Source: Octopus sinensis (Eukaryota). Taken from it: a stretch of DNA of 35,210 nt. The DNA lies in NCBI RefSeq assembly GCF_006345805.1, contig NW_021829875.1:1-35210 (forward strand), in the 5' to 3' direction. Positions within the stretch are counted from its first letter, which is position 1; every line of letters begins with the position of its first letter. The position numbers and the translations under genes are program-made. Below, piece after piece: positions 10,060 through 22,098 of this stretch. The notes beneath the pieces are model-generated. The model worked only from the letters and a program-made list of their open reading frames with translations. It ran no database searches and was not told the DNA's origin.

Positions 10060-10720
10060 ACACCACTATCAGAACACCCCTGCACACTGTTCAGCTCACT
10101 GCCCAAACCACACACCATCATGCACACAACAGCTCCTACACACATGCACTGACGTATATACATGTGCACACACCATTCAAACAAACATATTAACTGCTAC
10201 ACACAACCGTTTGCATACACACACACAAGCACAAGCTATATGCAGCTTCACACACATACAAATACACGAAACACTATTCTACACAATGCCCACATTAGGA
10301 TACTTCTACATATATGCACACATGCGCTCCCTTACGTACATGCAGACCCACATAATTTTAAGCTCCCCCAAACATACATTCACACGCACTCGTCCCCTTT
10401 TACACACGCACATCCACACACACTTCTTAAATGCACACTCGCCCTTACGCAACCTAGTTCAGCAGGGGCAGCGTTATTTGCCCCCTTTATCTCAAACTCT
10501 TTCTTCCAGGAATTTCATCATGTTCAACCGTTCATTCCAACACATTTTCTCTCTCTCCTTTATTTTCGTTCCCTCTCCATTTTCACCCTCAATCCTTTCT
10601 GTCGAAGAGCGTAGGTTCTAAACATCAAAGACTTCCCCATTTTTTCCCGAGCGTCAAACTAATACACCTTCTTGTTGTGCCCTCACCTGTCTTCGTCTTT
10701 TGTTTTCTGTAAATTTGTGT
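10060..10720 (+). mobile_element. Non-autonomous Penelope-derived element (CA-rich body plus terminal repeat with hammerhead-like relic)
   Basis: Reverse complement of 30495-30880 (gaacacccctgc..a.tgttca.ctca; tgttgtgcc.tcacctgtcttcgtcttttgttttctgta). The partner copy carries PLE coding remnants. Confidence 0.6.
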
Positions 10721-10829
10721 GTGTGTGTGTACGTGTGCGTGTGTGTGTGTTTGCTTAAGATTGGAATTTAGAACTTTTTCTTGTGAAGAGTATCTACTAG
10801 TAATCTTTAACTAAGATCTTAATACATAA

Positions 10830-10901
10830 GCATTACGAAAGATGTTTGATGAATACATTTGTGTACACTACACGCCGAGACAAAGGCCGGGTGGCTGCTA
10901 G
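10830..10901 (+). mobile_element. Possible Helitron 3' terminus
   Basis: GC-rich cgccgagacaaaggccgggtggctg followed by CTAG|T. The hairpin is weak. Confidence 0.35.
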
Positions 10902-11200
10902 TATATATTATACACACACATACATGCATACATACGCATAGCAGACTTAATAACATAGGCTAAAAGAAAAATAACAGAGGGAGGAAGCGGAGGCATTGAA
11001 ATAAACACTGGGTTTACAATTTGAAGTTCGGAAGTGTGGAAGTTGTAAAGATAATTTATGGACAGGTCAGAAAGAAAGCTAAAACAGCAAAAGGAGTGGG
11101 AGGGAGTTACTGTTACAGACACTAAATACATGAAACTTGACTTTATCACTTTTACACACACACACACATATTTAATTTATAGACACACATTAATTTATAG

Positions 11201-11395
11201 GGTACTACCTAAGAAGAGTGGTCCCGGTGCGCGCAATCGCGTACTAGCGCATCCGAGCTAGCTAGTCGATCTTTACTTTGTGTTTTTGTGTTTCATTTAC
11301 TTTGCTAGGTAGTCGTTGTAGGATCGACTAGTCACGACTAGCTAGCGCGGATGCGCGAGTACGCGAGTGCGAGCACCAGGACCACTCTTCTTAAT
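11201..11395. mobile_element. MITE family 1 (palindromic), right TIR truncated
   Basis: ggtactacctaagaagagtggtcccggtgcg...ggaccactcttcttaa, the same family as 28503-28700. Confidence 0.85.
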
Positions 11396-11763
11396 TAAAT
11401 GGTATCCAGTTTCCACAGCGGAGAAATCCACCCTTGTTAAAACATATACACAAAACCCTACCATTTCAGGCTGACTTAATAGAGACCCTACTCTGTGTTA
11501 CCTCCATCTCTGTTCCCGCCAGAAAGTTCCCTTGTAAGTTTCGTAACGAAAAACAAAATCATTAATTTCCTAATTGGATCACGCACATTTACGATAATTA
11601 ATATCGTATCATTAATTTATAGACACACAGACAGAGTTTAAGATGAAAGGATGTTCACTGAAGCGTTAAATGGCCCCAAATGAAATTAAAATGCCTCACC
11701 TCAGTTTAGTTTTGAACGGTAGCAACGTACCCGGGGTCCCAATTAATTTCAAATTTTCTGTTG

Positions 11764-11805
11764 CCGGAAGTAGATTAAAGGTCGGATAGGAGATGGCAAG
11801 TAAGT
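11764..11805 (+). promoter_or_regulatory. Candidate promoter/first exon: ETS motif, ATG GCA A and splice donor
   Basis: ccggaagt at 11764-11771 and ATGGCAA|gtaagt (ATG at 11793, perfect donor at 11800). Short motifs only. Confidence 0.35.
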
Positions 11806-12050
11806 GGAGATAACTCTCGAAATTTTATTTTGATCTAAAATACTTTTCTTTTATTTCAAAGTTTCTAATATTTACATTCTTTGTTTAGAAAGCATCTTTC
11901 CCAATGTAATTCCTCCCCCCTCTCTCTCTCCTTCTCTCTCTTCCCTCTTTCTCTGAGGACTTCACACTCTATAAGGATTCTCTCATATACATACATACAC
12001 ACACGCATACACATATATCTCCCACATAAATATATGTATAATTCTATGTC

Positions 12051-12095
<45 letters not shown>

Positions 12096-12133
12096 CGCTA
12101 TTCTATCTCTCTCTCCTTTATATATATATATAT

Positions 12134-12261
12134 CCTGGCGCAGCGCAACCACCACAGGTGCCAAGACAGCTGAGGAGAGACGGATTCAGTCAGCAGAACA
12201 GAAACGCCAGGTGCGGAAAGCCAGAGCACCTGCACCAAGCCAGAGCACATCCCCTAACCAC

Positions 12262-12262
<1 letters not shown>
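12134..12262 (+). mobile_element. RTE LINE C-terminal fragment
   Basis: WRSATTTGAKTAEERRIQSAEQKRQVRKARA resembles the C-terminal helix of RTE ORFs. Confidence 0.65.
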
Positions 12263-13188
<926 letters not shown>

Positions 13189-13260
13189 TTCCCTACCAAG
13201 AGCATTTATTTGAAATTCAGTATATTGTATTCTCATTGAATATATTTCATTAACCATACA

Positions 13261-13298
<38 letters not shown>

Positions 13299-13301
13299 TA
13301 C

Positions 13302-13379
<78 letters not shown>

Positions 13380-13517
13380 TTATTTGAGACAAAACCACTA
13401 TTTTGCAAAACAAACAAGGAAAGACTTAATCAATACATAAAATTTAATAAATAGTCAAAAAAACCGCCACTACAATATATATAAGGAACTTATATATATA
13501 TATATATATATATATGT

Positions 13518-13673
13518 AAGCGCAGGAGTGGCTGTGTGGTAAGTAGCTTGCTAACCAACCACTGGTTCAGTCCCACTGCGTGGCACCTTGGGCAAGTGTC
13601 TTCTGCTATAGCCCTGGGCCGACCAATGCCTTGTGAGTGGATTTGGTAGACGGAAACTGAAAGAAGCCTGTCG

Positions 13674-13725
<52 letters not shown>

Positions 13726-13907
13726 TGTGTGTCTGTGTTTGTTCCCCTAGCATTGCTTGACAACCGTTGCTGGTGTGTTTACGTCCCCGTCACTTAGCGG
13801 TTCGGCAAAAGGGACCGATAGAATAAGTACTGGGCTTACAAAGAATAAGTCCCGGGGTCGATTTGCTCGACTAAAGGCGGTGTAAAGAGAGTAAAAGAGA
13901 AAGAGAG
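13518..13907 (+). mobile_element. SINE family A (tRNA-like head, CORE-like ccttgggcaag, internal microsatellite)
   Basis: gcgcaggagtggctgtgtggtaagtagcttgc...gttcagtccc...ggcaccttgggcaagtgtctt...gtaaaagag. Confidence 0.9.
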
Positions 13908-13926
13908 TATATACATATACATATAT

Positions 13927-14111
13927 ATTTCTTTATTGCCCACAAAGGGCCAAACATAGAGGGGACAGACACCAGTGCGTAACTGGTACTTTATTTACCG
14001 ACCCCAAAAGGCTGAAAGGCAAAGTCGACCTCGGCGGAATTTGAACTCACAACGTAACGACAGACGAAATACGGCTACGCATTTCGCCCAGACTGCTAAC
14101 GTTTCTGCCAT
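13927..14111 (-). mobile_element. SINE family B
   Basis: Reverse complement of ggcagaaacgttagc...gagttcaaattccgccgaggtcgactttgcctttca, with an internal deletion. Confidence 0.9.
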
Positions 14112-14120
14112 GCGTGTATA

Positions 14121-14156
<36 letters not shown>

Positions 14157-14234
14157 ATCTATATATACATAATACACAAGTATGTCTGTGTGTGAATTGT
14201 GTTGTCTGTGTGTGTGTGTGTGTGTGTGTGTATG

Positions 14235-14760
14235 ATCATGTTGCTACAATGCATAGACGTTGGCCAATAAAACCGCAACGCGCCTTTAACAACAAAATGT
14301 GTTCGGCTTTTATTGCTCACGAAATCCAAAACGATTTCAATGGGTTAATAATATACAATCAACATGCGTAGGTGTTGCCCACCCTTTCTCTCTTCCTATC
14401 TCTCTCTCTCTCTCTGTCACACCCATACATATACACATAGCTCTTTGGACAATTAAGGTAAAACTAGGTCACAGCTGTAATTTCAGAAATTCCTCTGAGT
14501 GAAGGAGTGACAGAATATTGAGAGATAAGAATGAAAGGCAACCAACAAAGAGAAAATACAATGAGTCGCTTTATTGGCTGCCCTGAATGACCTCCTGCTT
14601 AACATTAAATATATTCTTAAGAACTGAATACAATTTATTCATCCGCGCGACCCAGAGCCAGAATGAAATGGCTTTTGGGAGTCCTACACCTGGAATATTC
14701 TGTCTTTCTGCAAGGTACAGATTTTTCTTGTCTTATATCTTGTCATAAGATAGAGTTTAC
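14235..14760 (+). other. Non-TE-looking segment paralogous (direct) to ~27780-28480; possible promoter/5'UTR exon
   Basis: Shared blocks cgttggcca[a/t]taaaac, gatttcaatgggtt, taggtcaca, gaaggagtg[a/g]cagaatattgagaga and tgaatacaatttattcat, with a GT donor-like site at a homologous position (~14714 / ~28430). Confidence 0.75.
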
Positions 14761-14914
14761 GTATCTGTGTATGGATAGGTGGATAGATGCATGTTTATAT
14801 ATTATTGTTATGTTACAATACAACATAGAGATTCGTTACCCAGACATAAACAGACAAATTGATGAAATCACGAACGTAGATTCAGTTGTATATACACTGA
14901 CATCCATGCTTTTA

Positions 14915-15470
14915 AATGTCTCTCTGCCTGCCTCTCTGCCTACCTATCTATATCTGTCTCTATCTATTCATATATCTGCCTCTCTCTCTGTCTCTCTCTC
15001 TCTCTATTTACATACTATTTCTCTCTCTATCGTTCTCTCTATCTTTCTCTCTCTCTCTCTCTCTATCTACCTCGTTATCTTTCTATCTGTCTTTCTCTTT
15101 CTTTATCTATCTCCCTCTCTATCTATCTATCTCCCTATCTCTCTCTATCTATTTATCTCCTCTCTCTCTCTATCTATCTATCTATCTCCTCTCTCTCTAG
15201 CTATCTATCTCCCTCTCTCTCTCTCTATCTATTTATCTCCTCTCTCTCTATCTATTTATCTCCTCTCTCTCCATCTATCTATCTCCTCTCTCTCTCTCTA
15301 GCTATCTATCTCCCTCTCTCTCTCTCTATCTATTTATCTCCCTCTCTCTCTAGCTAGCTATCTCCTCTCTCTCTAGCTATCTATCTCTCTCTCTCTCTAT
15401 CCATTTCCCCCTCTCTCTATCTATCTCCCTCTCTCTCTTTCTATCTCCCTCTCTGTCTATCTATCTCCCT
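14915..15470. repeat. Compound (CT)n/(CTAT)n microsatellite
   Basis: Direct inspection. Confidence 0.95.
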
Positions 15471-15486
15471 CGCTACGGAAAATGGG

Positions 15487-16014
15487 ATTTTTTGTAGCGG
15501 TGTCAAATGAAATTGTCACCCATGGTTATGACCCTAGTATCGATCTATTGCATTTCAATCTATTTTAGGGTTAGGTTTAGAGTTATGGTTAGGGTTAGGG
15601 TTGGAGGAAGGAGAAGGGTATCTTTTTTTCTTCACAAATGTAAATAAACCCAATCTGTTTCTTAAACGAGGGACATATTCATACAGCACGGAATGTTAAA
15701 ATTGCTGAAATGCTCGAAATTAAAGTCGAAATATCTTACAACATATAGAATTTTCTCAATAGTAGAAGACACTTGCCCAAGGTGCCACGCAGTGGGACTG
15801 AACCCGGAACCATGTGGTTGGTAAGCAAGCTACTTACCACACAGCCACTCCTGCGCCTATTTATTTACATTTCTGAACAAAAAAGATACCCTTCCACCCA
15901 CCCCTAACCCTAAAACAGATTGAAATGCAATAGATTGATACTAGGGTCATAATTATGGGTGACAATTTCATATGACACCGCTACAAAAAACTGCCGTTCA
16001 AACCGAAAAGATCC
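15487..16014. mobile_element. MITE family 2 with long TIRs containing TTAGGG-like runs; SINE A head nested at 15759-15858 (-)
   Basis: tttttgtagcggtgtcaaatgaaattgtcaccca..tgaccctagtatc..ttagggttagg is mirrored by cctaaccctaa..gatactagggtca..tgggtgacaatttcatatgacaccgctacaaaaaa. Confidence 0.9.
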
Positions 16015-16015
16015 A

Positions 16016-16218
16016 AAAAATTATTTATTTTGTGTTTTATTTACTTTGCTAGGAAGTCGTTGTAGGATCGACTAGTCACGACTAGCTAGCACGGACACAA
16101 AATAAATAATTTTTTAAAGCAAAGTAAATAAAACTCAAAAACACAAAGAAAAGATCGACTAGTCATGACTAGCTAATGCGAGTGCGCGCACCGGGACCAC
16201 TGTTCTCAAGTAGTACCC
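16016..16218. mobile_element. MITE family 1, internally rearranged
   Basis: The central block is in forward orientation, then aaaaattatttattttgtgt is mirrored as acacaaaataaataattttt, then comes the reverse-complemented left half ending ggaccactgttctcaagtagtacc. Confidence 0.8.
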
Positions 16219-16829
16219 CATGGTTTTTATGAAATGAACTATTTTGACTTTCTTCTTTTTTTTGTGTTTGAGGGGAATAAAAAAATCTTTTTAGTCAATT
16301 GATATTTTATTTAGGTTTTTAGTCGCACGACACACTTTAGAATTCTTAATCAATTATACAAACCTTCTTGATAAGCCATTCTGTATATCTGTATTTTTAT
16401 TTGCATGTATATTTTTTACCTACTGTATTTTTTTTATATATGTATTCTTTTTATATGTTTAAAGGCCAGGGTAGTATTTAGATATGATCAAATGTTTGAT
16501 AAGAGACGGTGTTATGTATAAAGTTGTTGACTCGAATTTCATGTTTCTTCTCTGATCGATGTTTCTTTATCTCTCTCTGTCTCAATTACACTTGAGCACT
16601 TCCTTTTTGCAGCCTTATAAACCCTCTTTATCTCTATAAAAAGCGGCAAAAATTATATATGTGTGTGTGTATATGTGTGTGTGTGTATATGTGTGTGTGT
16701 ATATAATCAGAGGTGAAAGGTTCAAATCTAGTCCCCAGATTCAAGAGGTCGTAACGTAATCCCTTTAGTCAGCTGATAGAAACGATTTATCTAAATTAAG
16801 AGAGGACATCATCTGTGACATTGCCAATT

Positions 16830-18650
16830 TGTTATCTCTCTGGCAGTCATACAAAATGTACCAGTCAAATACTGGGGTAAAAATCAATCCATTAACACCA
16901 GTCCAATATAATCAGCATATTACGTTCATTTCTCCAAGTTTGTATGTGTCAGACGACTCCTCCCACAGTCGTTGTGGTTGTTGTTGGTCAGGTTTAATCG
17001 CTTGTTTTCTTCACTTGAATTCCAGGCACTTCTTTATCCAAATTTCTTTTACCATATCCCTTCTAAATCTATACTATATTGTGCACTATCACAGATTCTT
17101 CTGAGACCCAGTTTTCCCTAACCCCAGGTTTTCAACACATTAACATTACATTTCTAGTGAAATATGCTCACCTCATTTCTTACCAGTTTTCATGCATCCT
17201 CTACATTAAATGCATCATTGCACTTTACAAATACACATCATGCAATCTCTCCTTCGTTTGGAGACAGAATCCCTTAGTTGTCAGTAGACATAACAGTTCC
17301 CTGTACATTTTCCATCACATTTTTCCTCTAAGCACTGCACTTTGAGAATAGACCTCCACCCACCCACTTCTAATTATGTCTCCTAGGTTAGAGAAACTAT
17401 AGGTCTTTCATACTTGTTCTTACTACAAACTAATCCCGTGTATCTGCTACTTAAAAAGTCCTTCCCCAACCCTAACCCGTCCTCCCTGTAAACTTGCCTG
17501 TGATACCACTGCACCTATTGTGTTGTTTAGATAAACCATATAGAATTCCTATTAACCCCTTTTCTCTCCCCTGCATATAAATTGTGATAACTTTCCAGAT
17601 GATGTAGATGTTGAGGATGCAGGGATTCTTTCAGGACCCAAGTGTTGTGTAGGTGTACGGTGTAGATGTTCTGTTATTGCTTACAAACTAAAACTTTTCT
17701 CATTGCTTTGTTTACTCTTGGGCCTCTCCTGTAGGAGATTCTTTTGAAATTGTGGCCTTCAGCCAGTGAAGTAATTCCTTTTTAGGAATCAGTATTCCAA
17801 AACTAACTTTTGAGCTGGTATCTTCTATAATATGTAATATGTACCTAACAGTGTTATATTTTTACTTTGTGCCGTTGAAGTCATTCCCCACTTTCGAGAT
17901 ATTTCTGAATTTTGATAATCTTTAATTATTTACTAATGATAGGAGGGACCACATCACAGATGACTATTTCACTCTTTGAATATGGGATGTTATCAAAACG
18001 ACTGAAATTGAGTTCTCTGAAGGTCTCTTGGAGTAACGCATCCAGCTTCGGAATTTGGTGTGTCTCCAGGCCAAACGACTGCTTCTCTGCATTGAGAGGT
18101 CACAGCTGCTTCAATACTACCGGCATGTGATTAAAATGTCCCAGAAAAGAATCAAAAGAGGGATTCATCGAGCTGAGACAACTGACAAGAGACCTAGGGT
18201 TAAACCAAGAAAAATGTTTTGCATAAAACCCATTGTTTCAATCGGTTGTGCTTGGAAATCCTCTCAGAATGTCTAATCAAGGTTACTTTAGATAGGATCG
18301 TATAAAGGAGGTGCCTGAGGACTCTACCCCTATAACCTTCCTATGAAGAGAAGGCAAAGCATTTGAATGGATAGAGATGAAATGGTGTAACTATTGTTGG
18401 TTGTCTTTGTTGATTCTTGAGCTTTTCGTATACTGCTGCCCACACAAACACTTCTCCTGCCAGTTTTACCAGAAGATTTCTCATGTGTTACTTTCAATTT
18501 TATTCGATTTTAAAATGTTTTTCTCAATTCCAGCTTTTATTTCAACTTGTTTGTTATTTTTCTCAAAATCTTTAGAAACAGATAACAATGACTTCTAATT
18601 TCCGTGTTTCTTCAGTATTTCTTATTCGTCTATTCACGTAATTTCTTTGT
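16830..18650 (-). mobile_element. Heavily decayed Helitron RepHel N-terminal/Rep region
   Basis: Across frameshifts and in the expected order: PFKCFAFSS*EG (YNSAFAFTSxG), RFDNIPYSKSEIV (RYNxPxxxEVA), SSRY...KYERPIVSLT (SPRYM..YGKPDLFITF), RELLCLLTTKGF, YRFRRD (YxYRRR), LYDCQ (KYDCHINVE). Confidence 0.6.
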
Positions 18651-18835
18651 CAAATCTATAATTTACAGTTCACAGGTTTTATATTATCGTTAATGCTTTT
18701 TCAATTATTTCCTGTTGCATCTTTTGCAGGAAGGGAATTAGAAATTACACAAGATGACCTGGAAATCATCAAGATTGACCATTCGTACAGCGTTATGGAA
18801 CAAGGCTCTCAGATGCTGCTCAAATGGTTTCAAAG

Positions 18836-19136
18836 TTGGAATCCCTGAGATTGATCCTGCAAAAGAACACAAGCAACCCCAGCAGCAATAATAAGATCTT
18901 GGAAGCAGATGATAACGTAGCCTGTGTCATTCAATGGTCTTGTTAGCATCTAAATTCTTCAATAACCTAATGCAGCCTCTTGTCTTTTGTGTGAGAATAT
19001 GTCCATGGAAATCGTGATGGTAGGAGTTGTTGATGAATTTGATAGGTACAGAGCTTCAATATCAACTGTATCTGAGCTTCTGCATATCTTTACTTCGCCA
19101 AGTATCCTGGTCAATAATGAATTCATTTACAAACTG
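18836..19136 (+). repeat. Direct copy of 21211-21516 (Helitron helicase piece)
   Basis: Identical except for five single-base deletions in this copy. Confidence 0.95.
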
Positions 19137-20446
19137 CTGAAACTTCGATGCAAGCTGTGATTTTAGAATCTGAGTTTCCTCACATTTTGTTGTGAAATCA
19201 TAAGTGGTTGCCACATGTCCATGTAATGCTGGCAGTTTGTTACTGTTATTGTTGTGTTTAGTGGTTCTTTCTTGCCTTTCACAGTTTCCTCATGGAAAAA
19301 GCTTGCTGTGTTGTTAACACAAGTATTATCATTTGTGCATTTGGCTGAGTGATTTTCTTTTAAAGGGTGAAACATTTCTTTCAACAACGTAACTTGCTGG
19401 CATGATTGTGTTTTTTCTGTCAAACTTGAGAATGTAAGCATTTCTTATTCCAATATTTTAATTTAGTCTCTTTGTGTAGCCTATCGAAAGATCTTCTCTG
19501 GCCTGTCTATAGAATTGGTGTAAGTCTTGGGTCAGGTCGAAAGTCCTCTCCTTTGCCTCCTCTCGTTGACTCAAATAAGCCCTGGAGATGTGGCTGTTAT
19601 TTCTAGCAGGTTAAAATGTTTGGGAATGCTGTTGATGACACAACAATGAAAGTGTGTTAATGTGTTACTATTGCTTAATTCTGTTAGGAAGGGAGCAGGG
19701 GAAAACTGAAATTAAAAGAAAAATCAGAATCGTAATTTAATCTTGCTGCAGAAAATATAAGAATTTGAGAAAGAATTTCTTGGAAAATTACTTTGGATTT
19801 GAGGATGATATTGTCTCTAAAAATAAGGAATGGACACATTTGTTATCCTCAGTGGCAGAAGGGAAGATGAAAATAGTTAAATAAATAGATTGCTTATTAT
19901 TAGTATTGTAGTAATATAGTATTGTAGATTGCTTATTATTCGGATATTAGTATTGTAGTATCTACGAGGTGGCGATCTGTCAGAAGGGTTAGAAAGTCAG
20001 ACTAAACGCTTAGCGGCACTTGTCCGTCTATACGTTCTGAGTTCAAATTCCGCCGAGGGGTCAATAAATTAAGTACCAGTTTGCACTGGTGTCGATTTGT
20101 AATCGACTTCATCCGTTTGTTGTCTTGTTTGTCCCCTTGTGTATAGCCTCTTGTGGGTAGTAAAGAAATAGGTATTTCGTCTGCTGCTACTTTCTGAGTT
20201 TAAACTCCACCGAGGTCAACTTTGCCTTTTATCCTTCCGGGGTTGATAAATTAAGTACCTGTTGCGTACTGAAGTCGATCTAATCGATTGGCCCCACTCC
20301 CCAAAATTTCGGGACTTGCACCTAGACTAGAAAAGATTATCAGTAGTGTAGTGATTGAATTCAAATAATGCCGAAGTCAACTTAGTCTTTGATTCTTTCA
20401 GGGTCAATAAAGTAGGTACCAGTGTGTACTGGGGCGGAGGTAATTG
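19134..20446 (-). repeat. Inverted copy of 22099-23422 (Helitron-like piece, AT-rich spacer and SINE B cluster)
   Basis: ctgctgaaacttcgatgcaagc...ggggcggaggtaattg is the reverse complement of caattacctccgcccc...gcttgcatcgaagtttcagcag. Differences are mostly small indels. Confidence 0.95.
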
Positions 20447-20944
20447 GTTTCAAAGTTGCGATCCAGCGAAACGTACATTAAAAGAAGCTCTTTTAGAAAC
20501 CGAATGTTTCACGGCGCTTCAATGTTTATTATCAGACTTCAGTTGAATTTCGTGTAAATATTGCTGTTGTTTAACCCCAAGTCTACCTTCACCACACACA
20601 TACCTATGATTAAATGCCTTCCATCCAGGACCATCATGTTTTCCTTGTCTAATGTGTCATTCTTTAAGATGATAAGTGATGAATAGAGTAGGATCCGGCT
20701 ACTAATTCTAGCAGATATATTTACCACATGGAGATCCCTTTATTTGTTTAGCTCCCTTTTTGTTGGAGATTAACTTTGGAAATAAAGATTGAAATTTCAT
20801 TTGTTGTTGGCGTTGTTGTTGTAAGCCCCGGCATGTCCCTAAATACGTCCATTGTTATATAAACAGTTTAAATATCCTGTGGGATGTTCCCAAAAATGAA
20901 GAGTGTAATTCCATTTAGTGAAACATACTTAAAATGCATATTTG

Positions 20945-21775
20945 TTTTCAAGTAGAACCTCCTTGTTGACAGAATTGTCAGTAAATATACAGTTTCTATT
21001 TCTCACAGCCAATAGTTTTACATTAGGCTTCATCCAAACTCTAGAAAGTGAAACTTACAGCTGACCAGGGAGAAGAATTGTGTTGGAAGATATATTCCAA
21101 TTTGTTTAAATGCCTGTCTCTGTGCCTTGTTGCATGTCAAGGGAAAGAGTGGTTCCACAGGAAATTGTTTGTATGGTAACTATGAATGGGAACTCCATTC
21201 CTTGACCCATTTGGAATCCCTGAGATTGATCCTGCAAAAGAACCACAAGCAACCCCAGCAGCAATAATAAGATCTTGGAAGCAGATGATAACGTAGCCTG
21301 TGTCATTGCAATGGTCTTGTTTAGCATCTAAATTCTTCAATAACCTAATGCAGCCTCTTGTCTTTTGTGTGAGAATATGTCCATGGAAATCGTGATGGTA
21401 GGAGTTTGTTGATGAATTTGATTAGGTACAGAGCTTCAATATCAACTGTATCTGAGCTTCTGCATATCTTTACTTCGCCAAGTATCCTGGTCAATAATGA
21501 ATTCATTTACAAACTGTGATATTTCATTTGTTGGAGTAATAATGGGTCTGTTTGCAAGCCACATGGGGCTGTGAAATTATTTGCAAGACAACATCACATA
21601 AACTTGACAGGCCAAAGTTGTAAAGCAGGTTGATTTTGGATGCACCTAGACTTTGTTCGACAGAAGTATCACCATTTCCTGCATCAAAATGGTGATTAAC
21701 AAACTCTTTTTCATCAGAATGACCTTTTGCAAGAAGTCTTAGATTAGTTCTATCTTCATTATTTCTACTCAATCC
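20945..21775 (-). mobile_element. Decayed Helitron PIF1-like helicase C-terminus
   Basis: EKEFVNHHFDAGNG, ITPTNE...VNEFII, RSSDTVD, KNLDAKQDHCNDT (RNLD..GLCNGT), KQFPVEPLFPLTCNKAQRQAFKQIGIYLP..FFS..GQL*VSLSRV (motifs V/VI), TDNSVNKEVL. Confidence 0.85.
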
Positions 21776-21782
21776 TCAAGAA

Positions 21783-22019
21783 ATTATTTCTTTACTGCCT
21801 ACAAAGGGCTAAACATAGAGGGGACAAACAAAGACAGGTCAAGGTATTAAGTCGATTACATCGACCCCAGTGCGTAACTGGTACTTAATTTATCGACCCC
21901 GAAAGGATGAAAGGCAAAGGTGACATCGGCGGTATTTGAACTCAGAACGTAACGTCAGACGACATACCGCTAAGTGTTTGGCCTGGCGTGCTAACGATTC
22001 TGCCAGCTCGCCGCCCTTG
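21783..22019 (-). mobile_element. SINE family B
   Basis: Ends gctaacgattctgccagctcgccgcc and has the full body. Confidence 0.9.
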
Positions 22020-22098
22020 AGTGATAATATTATTAACAGAATTATCATTATAATGCTTTCAATGCACAGGGCCAGAAAGTTCGTGGGAGGGGGTAAGA

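Larger units (their letters stand above)
18730..20546 (+). pseudogene. Terminal death-domain exon (join 18730-18838 + 20459-20546) disrupted by a 1.6 kb insertion
   Basis: Acceptor ttttgcag|GA. The rejoined frame is RELEITQDDLEIIKIDHSYSVMEQGSQMLLKWFQSCDPAKRTLKEALLETECFTALQCLLSDFS*, matching the death-fold pattern GRxLxI...LxxI......EQ..QMLxxW......T...L..AL. AATAAA at 20781. Confidence 0.8.

Noticed and set aside
13518-13600. tRNA genes (also ~4680, 27151, 29208)
   Set aside because: The A/B-box-like heads run directly into multi-copy SINE bodies, with no complete cloverleaf.
15566-15605. Telomere or chromosome-healing site
   Set aside because: The TTAGGG runs are short and are an internal part of a MITE TIR, mirrored at ~15895-15915.
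16770-16890. Plus-strand LREDIICDIANLLSLWQ as the missing first helix of the death domain
   Set aside because: The Trp spacing is off, the frame does not give a phase-compatible donor, and the minus strand here fits the Helitron remnant.
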